DNA of 64,000 bases from an uncultured Clostridia bacterium (GTDB lineage: Bacteria > Bacillota > Clostridia > Oscillospirales > QAMX01), in NCBI GenBank assembly GCA_944376195.1, contig CALWBW010000002.1, positions 10,683-74,682 on the forward strand. Direction: 5' to 3'. A program made the translations under genes and the position numbers. Below the pieces are notes generated by a model. That model was not told the origin of the DNA, ran no database searches, and worked only from the letters and a program-made list of their open reading frames with translations. How positions within the stretch are numbered: position 1 is the first letter of the stretch; every line of letters begins with the position of its first letter. Below are positions 58,508-64,000 of the stretch, piece after piece.

Positions 58508-59839
58508 CTATCCTATCGTAATTTTTTCTGCAGGAGACGTCACCGGCGGTTTTGCGCGCCTTGTGGAAATTGCCGTCGCGAAGGAAAGACTGCCCACTCT
58601 GCCGCAGTACATCAGAAAGATGATGATAAACTGCGATGCGGGCAGCAGGTCGCGCGTAATTCCCGTAGTCATTCCCACTGTCCCGATTGCCGAAAACGTT
58701 TCAAAAAGGACATCAGGCAGTGAAAGCGTCTGCATGGCGCAAATTGCTATCGTTGCGGTCAGGGCAAGCGTCAGATTGGTAAAGAAAACGGCGCTGGCTT
58801 TCTTTAAGGAATCGTCCTCCAAGCGGCGGCCAAACATTCCGAAGGAAGGCGCTTTGCGCACATAAGAGAACGCGTATACCAGCAAAACCGCCACCGTCGT
58901 CGTCTTGATACCGCCGGCCGTCGAACCGGGGCTTCCTCCGATAAACATCAAAATCATTGTCAACAATTTGCTGCTGTTAGAAAGCGCCGCGGTATCCGTT
59001 GTATTGAACCCAGCGGTTCGGGCCGTGACGGAATCAAAAAAGGAGGTCAGAATCCGCTCGGTCCAGGACATATCGGCGTATGCACGGTCTTCCAGCACGA
59101 AAAACAGCGCGGCGCCCCCGAAAATCAAAACAAACGTCACCGCCAGGACGATTTTGGTATGTAAATCATACCGTTTTATCCGCAGCTTGTGCAGAGAAAT
59201 GTCATTCCAGACCAAAAAACCGATTCCGCCGATTATGATAAGCAGCATCACGGTGACATTGACCAAAATGTCGTCCGCATATGGGGTCAGGGAAGCATAG
59301 GCGCCGTACCGGCCGAGCAGGTCAAACCCGGCGTTACAAAAGGCGGAAACAGAAGTAAAGAGCGAAGCCCACAGCCCGCTTGCAAACCCAAAATCCCTGC
59401 AAAAGCGGAAAGAAAGCAAAATAGCTCCTGCCAACTCAAAGAAAAGTGTTCCGAGCGCGATTTTTTTAGTCAGACGCACAATCCCGCCAATATGGGACGT
59501 ATTGATGCTTTCCGAAAGCAGTTCCCGTTCGCGGATCCCGATTTTGCGGCGGAGCAACAGAGAAAAAAGCGTGGCAATCGTCATAAACCCGAGGCCCCCG
59601 AGCTGGATGAGGACTAAAATCACAGCCTGTCCAAATGGGGTCCAGAACGTGTAGGTGTCCTGCACAACCAGCCCCGTCACACAGGAAGCCGACGTCGCGG
59701 TGAAAAGCGCTTCGCGGAACCCTGCGCCCGCTCCATCGCGCGTCGCAAAGGGAAGCATCAAAAGCAGCGTTCCAAGCCCAATCACCAGAAAAAAGCCCAA
59801 AGCAATGATCTGCGTTTGAGAAAATCGCAGTTTCCGCAT
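58508..59839 (-). CDS. ktrB: K+ transporter membrane subunit (TrkH/KtrB family)
   Basis: The 443-aa polytopic protein has repeated pore-loop-like segments (..TATSASCVTGL.., ..SAFCNAGF.., ..TARTAGFNT.., ..SAIGTVGMTTG..). Confidence 0.8.
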   Translation of the reverse strand: MRKLRFSQTQIIALGFFLVIGLGTLLLMLPFATRDGAGAGFREALFTATSASCVTGLVVQDTYTFWTPFGQAVILVLIQLGGLGFMTIATLFSLLLRRKIGIRERELLSESINTSHIGGIVRLTKKIALGTLFFELAGAILLSFRFCRDFGFASGLWASLFTSVSAFCNAGFDLLGRYGAYASLTPYADDILVNVTVMLLIIIGGIGFLVWNDISLHKLRIKRYDLHTKIVLAVTFVLIFGGAALFFVLEDRAYADMSWTERILTSFFDSVTARTAGFNTTDTAALSNSSKLLTMILMFIGGSPGSTAGGIKTTTVAVLLVYAFSYVRKAPSFGMFGRRLEDDSLKKASAVFFTNLTLALTATIAICAMQTLSLPDVLFETFSAIGTVGMTTGITRDLLPASQFIIIFLMYCGRVGSLSFATAISTRRAKPPVTSPAEKITIG

Positions 59840-59876
59840 ATTAAGCCTCCAAAAAACGGTGAAAATTACCGTATCA

Positions 59877-59905
59877 AGTATACACTAGGCGGCCATCCCT
59901 GTCAA
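59877..59905 (-). promoter_or_regulatory. Candidate sigma-A promoter of ktrBA (TTGACA-17-TATACT)
   Basis: On the minus strand the -35 lies at 59905-59900 and the -10 at 59882-59877. Confidence 0.6.
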
Positions 59906-59927
59906 CCGCATCCGCAAGCCCTGCCGG

Positions 59928-59956
59928 TTGACTTCAAAGCTGTTCTTCTGTATGAC
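59928..59956 (+). promoter_or_regulatory. Candidate sigma-A promoter of the acyltransferase gene (TTGACT-17-TATGAC)
   Basis: The -35 lies at 59928-59933 and the -10 at 59951-59956. Confidence 0.5.
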
Positions 59957-60026
59957 GTACAAAAAGGCGTCCTCCGACAGCTGCGCCGGTAGGAATCGCC
60001 CAGGATTTTCAAAGGAGGTTTGCAAG

Positions 60027-61076
60027 TTGAAGCAGCGTTTTCCTGCCGCCGGCAAACCGGACGGTACAGGGCAGTTCGCGGCAGACGCCGATTTCCTGCG
60101 AATTGCCGCATCCTTTTTTGTCGTACTGATCCACGCGGCGGCATCCTTTCAGGACGCAGACGGTGCATTTGCCGCGTCGATAGCGTGGAACGCCGTCAGC
60201 CGATTCAGCGTGCCGGTATTCGTGATGCTGAGCGGACGTTTCCTGCTGGCGAAAAAACCGGATGCCGGGTTCTGTCTGAAAAAAGCGCTGCGTACCTTTG
60301 CCGCCCTGCTCTTCTGGGGTACGGTCTATCTGCTGTACGCCATGGCAGCAGGTGATTTTCATCCCGTTTCCCTCTCCGACGCACTCTGGCACATTCTGAC
60401 CAAGCCGGTACATCTATGGTATTTTTACGCTGCCATTGCGCTTTACCTTTTTACGCCCCCGCTCGCCGTTTTCGCGGAAAATGCGGAAAAAACGCTGTTT
60501 TTCTATACGCTGTGTCTCACTTTTTTCTTTGGGTCTCTGATCATGACGCTGCTGCAAACCGCCTATGCAGAATCAATCTCCATCATTTTAGAAAAAATGA
60601 AGCTGGACTGCACCCTGGGATTTATCTGGTGTTATCTGTTCGGCCGCTATGTGTTCCGTTTTGAAAGCAAGGAGCGCGTATCCCATTACCTGCTTGGCGC
60701 GTTGGGAACCGCTGTGACTTTTACAGGAACTCTATTCCTCTCCCGGCGTTCGGGAATGCCGGATTACCGGCTGCTCAGCTTCTTTGCGCCGAACGTCCTG
60801 GCGTCCGGCGCCGCCGTCTATCTGGGTGCAAAAGCGTTCTTTCGGAAAAGCCCTCCCGGACCACGTATGGCACAGGGACTGCGCCGCATTGCGCGTTGTA
60901 CGCCGGGTGTCTATGGGATCCACGTGCTGTTTTTAGATATTCTCCCGGTTCACCCGCTCTCCACTACGCTTGCTCCCGCCATCGCGATCCCGCTCACGGC
61001 AATGGTCGTCTATTTATGCAGTTTGCTGCTGATTTCCCTGCTGCGCCATGCTCCACTGCTCAATAAGCTGCTTTAA
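60027..61076 (+). CDS. Acyltransferase-3 family integral membrane protein
   Basis: FLRIAASFFVVLIHA..SRFSVPVFVMLSG is present, with about 10 hydrophobic helices. The TTG start at 60027 lies 8 nt after an AAAGGAGG RBS. Confidence 0.7.
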   Translation: MKQRFPAAGKPDGTGQFAADADFLRIAASFFVVLIHAAASFQDADGAFAASIAWNAVSRFSVPVFVMLSGRFLLAKKPDAGFCLKKALRTFAALLFWGTVYLLYAMAAGDFHPVSLSDALWHILTKPVHLWYFYAAIALYLFTPPLAVFAENAEKTLFFYTLCLTFFFGSLIMTLLQTAYAESISIILEKMKLDCTLGFIWCYLFGRYVFRFESKERVSHYLLGALGTAVTFTGTLFLSRRSGMPDYRLLSFFAPNVLASGAAVYLGAKAFFRKSPPGPRMAQGLRRIARCTPGVYGIHVLFLDILPVHPLSTTLAPAIAIPLTAMVVYLCSLLLISLLRHAPLLNKLL

Positions 61077-61118
61077 TTTTTTAAAAAAAAGAGCGACCTT
61101 TCTAGACCGCTCACACTT

Positions 61119-63506
61119 TTATTGATGAATAATTTTCATAAATCGGGAAGCCGTGTTGGCCATCACACGTTTTCGACCCGCCTGATCAAACTCAATGGTC
61201 AACAACATATCTCCGCCCATCGGCGTCAGCTCCACAATTCTTCCTTGTCCAAACGCGGAATGCACCACCTCGTATCCCACACGATAGAGCGTCGGCATTT
61301 TGGGAGGCTGCGCGGCAGGTTTCAACGCGCCGGTACCCACGGCGGGCGCAGGCGCAACCCGGGCATTAAACCGGCCCGGACGCGTTTCTGCACGCTCGTG
61401 CGTATTGTGGCGTTCACTGTGCTCGTTTACGCGTCCATCGATCAGTTCCAGGGGAATTTCCTCCACAAACCGCGACATGCGGTTATAGGAGGTCTTTCCG
61501 AAAATGGTCCGCTGCCGCGTACAGCTTAGATAAAGTTTCCGGCGCGCACGGGTAATGCCGACATAACAAAGCCGGCGTTCCTCCTCCAACTGCGCGGGTT
61601 CGTCCATCGAACGGGCGGACGGGAACAATCCCTCTTCCATCCCGCACAGGAACACAACCGGAAACTCCAGCCCCTTGGCGCTGTGAAGCGTCATCATCAC
61701 GGCGGCATCCGCCCCCTCGTCATACCGGTCAATGTCGGTAAAGAGCGCAGTCTCCTCTAAAAAGCCTTCCAAAGATGGGGTATCATGCGTACGCATATAC
61801 TCCACAATATTTGTCTTTAACTCCATGACGTTGTCCAGGCGCCCAAGCGACTCCGCGTCGCCCTTGCGTTCCAGCGCCTCGGCATAGCCTGTTTTTTCCA
61901 AAAGCACGTCGTAAAAGTCATCCAGCGGCATTGTATCGGACAACAGCCGAAGTTCCTCCAGCATGGCGGCAAACTGCTCCATGGGCGCGGCGGCACGGTC
62001 AAAGCGCCCATACTGCCGGGCTCTTTGCAGCACATCATATAACCCGATGCCCTCTTCCCGGGCCACTTCCATCGCGTCTTCCACCCGGCGTTCGCTGATT
62101 TTCCGCGCAGGATTGTTGATGATACGGCGCAGCCGGAGCTCGTCGTTGTGGTTGACGACCGCCCACAAATAGGAGAGCATATCCCGCACCTCAGCGCGAT
62201 CAAAGAATCGTACGCCGCCCACAATGCGATACGGAATGCCCGCGCGCTTGAACGCGTTTTCCACAGAGTTTGACTGCGCGTTCATGCGGTATAAAACAGC
62301 AAAATCCCGCGCCGTAAACCCCTTTTGATAGGAGGACAAAATATGGCTTGCGATATACTGCGCCTCTTCCTGTTCCGTTGCGGCCCGGTAAAACCCGATT
62401 TTTTCTCCGTCTTCATTCCCGGTCCACAATTCCTTCCCGCGCCGGCCTTCGTTGTGTTCAATCACACGGTTGGCAGCGTTTAAAATCATCTTGGTGGAGC
62501 GGTAATTCTGTTCCAGCCGGATCAGCGCCGCGCCGGGATAATGCTTTTCAAAGTGCAGGATGTTTGCAACATCCGCGCCGCGGAACCGGTAAATCGACTG
62601 ATCGTCATCCCCCACCACGCAGATGTTTTCCTGTTCTCCGGTCAAAAGCCGGGTCAGACGATCCTGTGCAACATTTGTGTCCTGATATTCGTCTACCATA
62701 ATATAGCGGAATTTATTTTGATAATAGGCGCGGACATCCTCAAAGTTATTGAGTAACGCTACCGTGTACATAATGAGGTCGTCAAAATCCAGCGCGTTCG
62801 CTTCTTTTAGAATGCGTTGGTATTCCGCGTAAATCTGCGCAATTTTCGTCAGACGGAAATCATCTTCGTGCTCACGCGCAAACCTGGCAGGCGTTTTCAG
62901 CTCGTCCTTTGCGCGGGAAATCACGCCCGCCACAGCGCGCGGCGCGTAAATTTTGTCGTCGAGCCCCTTTTCGCGGATGATGGATTTCAATACATTCAAA
63001 TGCTCGTCGTCTCCGTAAATCGTAAAACTGCGCGAAAATCCCAGTTTATCAATATCCCGGCGCAGGATGCGCACACACGCGGAGTGAAATGTAGAAGCCC
63101 AGATATCGCGCGCCTCCGGACCGATGGCACGCTCGAGCCGCTCCTTCAATTCATTGGCCGCCTTGTTGGTAAACGTGATAGCCAGAATCTGCCAGGGACG
63201 GCAGGGCGCAACCGCGCAAAGTTCCGTAATCCGTTCGCGGGCGTCTTCCCGGGGTGCATCCAAATATTCGACCAGTTCGCGCAGTTCGTCTTCTCCGGCG
63301 CCCTCCGGCGCCGTTTCGCACTGCGCGCCGCTGCCAAACCGAATGATGTTGGCGATCCGGTTAATGAGCACCGTCGTCTTCCCGCTTCCGGCTCCTGCCA
63401 GCACTAAAAGAGGGCCTTCCGTATGGAAGACCGCTTCACGCTGCCGGTCGTTCAGGTTTTGAAACTCCCGCTCTATAATGTCGCGGCGCACAGCCGCATA
63501 CTGCAT
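61119..63506 (-). CDS. pcrA: ATP-dependent DNA helicase PcrA/UvrD (SF1)
   Basis: LNDRQREAVFHTEGPLLVLAGAGSGKTTVL, VDEYQDTN, TLHSAKGLEF and YVGITRAR motifs are present. Confidence 0.9.
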   Translation of the reverse strand: MQYAAVRRDIIEREFQNLNDRQREAVFHTEGPLLVLAGAGSGKTTVLINRIANIIRFGSGAQCETAPEGAGEDELRELVEYLDAPREDARERITELCAVAPCRPWQILAITFTNKAANELKERLERAIGPEARDIWASTFHSACVRILRRDIDKLGFSRSFTIYGDDEHLNVLKSIIREKGLDDKIYAPRAVAGVISRAKDELKTPARFAREHEDDFRLTKIAQIYAEYQRILKEANALDFDDLIMYTVALLNNFEDVRAYYQNKFRYIMVDEYQDTNVAQDRLTRLLTGEQENICVVGDDDQSIYRFRGADVANILHFEKHYPGAALIRLEQNYRSTKMILNAANRVIEHNEGRRGKELWTGNEDGEKIGFYRAATEQEEAQYIASHILSSYQKGFTARDFAVLYRMNAQSNSVENAFKRAGIPYRIVGGVRFFDRAEVRDMLSYLWAVVNHNDELRLRRIINNPARKISERRVEDAMEVAREEGIGLYDVLQRARQYGRFDRAAAPMEQFAAMLEELRLLSDTMPLDDFYDVLLEKTGYAEALERKGDAESLGRLDNVMELKTNIVEYMRTHDTPSLEGFLEETALFTDIDRYDEGADAAVMMTLHSAKGLEFPVVFLCGMEEGLFPSARSMDEPAQLEEERRLCYVGITRARRKLYLSCTRQRTIFGKTSYNRMSRFVEEIPLELIDGRVNEHSERHNTHERAETRPGRFNARVAPAPAVGTGALKPAAQPPKMPTLYRVGYEVVHSAFGQGRIVELTPMGGDMLLTIEFDQAGRKRVMANTASRFMKIIHQ

Positions 63507-63570
63507 GTTAAAAATTTCTCTGTCCAAAATACGCCATCCCAATTCCCAAAATTCCAAATCTTACGACTCT

Positions 63571-63599
63571 ATTTTACTATAAACTTTGCGTTTGGTCAA
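63571..63599 (-). promoter_or_regulatory. Candidate sigma-A promoter of pcrA (TTGACC-17-TAAAAT)
   Basis: On the minus strand the -35 lies at 63599-63594 and the -10 at 63576-63571. Confidence 0.5.
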
Positions 63600-63713
63600 T
63601 GGCTCCCCATTTCAGGAATCCGTACCGGGAACGCCTCCACGGCTGTCTCCGCAGCGACGCGCGATATTTGCCTTACAGTCTTGTAAGGCAGCCCGGAAGG
63701 TGCCCCGATTTGC

Positions 63714-63742
63714 TTGCAAAGCATTCTGCCAGATGGTATAAT
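63714..63742 (+). promoter_or_regulatory. Candidate sigma-A promoter (TTGCAA-17-TATAAT)
   Basis: The hexamers lie at 63714-63719 and 63737-63742, 28 nt upstream of the next ATG. Confidence 0.55.
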
Positions 63743-63770
63743 GATTTGAATTTGTTTGTAGGGTGAAACT

Positions 63771-64000
63771 ATGTCACGAGTAAAAATTATGGGCGTTGCA
63801 TTTGATGAATTGACATTTTCCGACGCGCTTGCTTCCATAACCGGAATGGTGGAACAAGGCGCCGGCGGATACATCGTCACGCCCAATCCGGAAATGATAT
63901 ATGCCTGCCGGAAAGAGCCCGCGCTGGCCGCGCTGTTAAACGGTGCCGCGCTCGTCGTGCCGGACGGAATCGGCGTGATTCATGCTTCCCGGATCTTGGG
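63771..64000 (+). CDS. WecB/TagA/CpsF-family glycosyltransferase, 5' part (runs off the window)
   Basis: MSRVKIMGVAFDELTFSDALASI..GGYIVTPNPEMIY..AALVVPDGIGV is the typical N-terminus of this family. Confidence 0.7.
   Translation, partial: MSRVKIMGVAFDELTFSDALASITGMVEQGAGGYIVTPNPEMIYACRKEPALAALLNGAALVVPDGIGVIHASRIL

Noticed and set aside
59840-59900. A c-di-AMP (ydaO-type) riboswitch could lie upstream of ktrB, since these are often associated with K+ transporters.
   Set aside because: The leader between the predicted -10 and the ATG is only about 40 nt, far too short for that riboswitch.
63596-63886. A minus-strand 96-aa ORF overlaps the tagA-like gene start.
   Set aside because: It overlaps a well-supported promoter and the conserved N-terminus of the plus-strand glycosyltransferase, and it has no RBS.

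Overview
This is a 64-kb chromosomal window from a fairly GC-rich, spore-forming Firmicute. The Clostridia/Oscillospirales-like assignment is inferred from dpaAB, a GerM-like lipoprotein, an SLH-anchored wall hydrolase and Firmicute gene order. Most of it is housekeeping. It includes RNase J with a broken reading frame, dipicolinate synthase, an OmpR/HK pair, a PBP5-type carboxypeptidase and secG. It also includes polA, an LMW-PTP, rimI, tsaD, and a complete S10-spc-alpha ribosomal cluster of 31 genes from rpsJ to rplQ on the minus strand at 34.1-49.5 kb. The remainder is a cysteine desulfurase pair, a GH2/SDR sugar operon, ktrAB, pcrA and the start of a tagA-like gene. The only clearly accessory segment is a roughly 9-kb, 9-gene phage-derived operon at 10.6-19.6 kb on the minus strand. 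It runs from a stub small terminase through large terminase, portal, scaffold-like protein and major capsid to three tail or fibre proteins and a 48-aa ORF. It has no integrase, replication, regulatory or lysis genes, no att repeats that I can see and no recognisable sigma-A promoter, and it sits between the terminators of secG and a GH4 glycosidase. I regard it as a candidate domesticated particle or gene-transfer-agent-like locus, with a decayed podovirus-type prophage as the alternative. Secondary observations are listed below:
- a cluster of DnaA-box-like direct repeats in a convergent intergenic region
- a roughly 400-nt leader behind a near-consensus promoter upstream of rpsJ
- a repeat-rich C-terminal extension on ribosomal protein S3
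- a Cys4 motif in L24
- an SLH-YceG-amidase fusion protein

All calls come from reading the ORF translations and the DNA. No database search was run.
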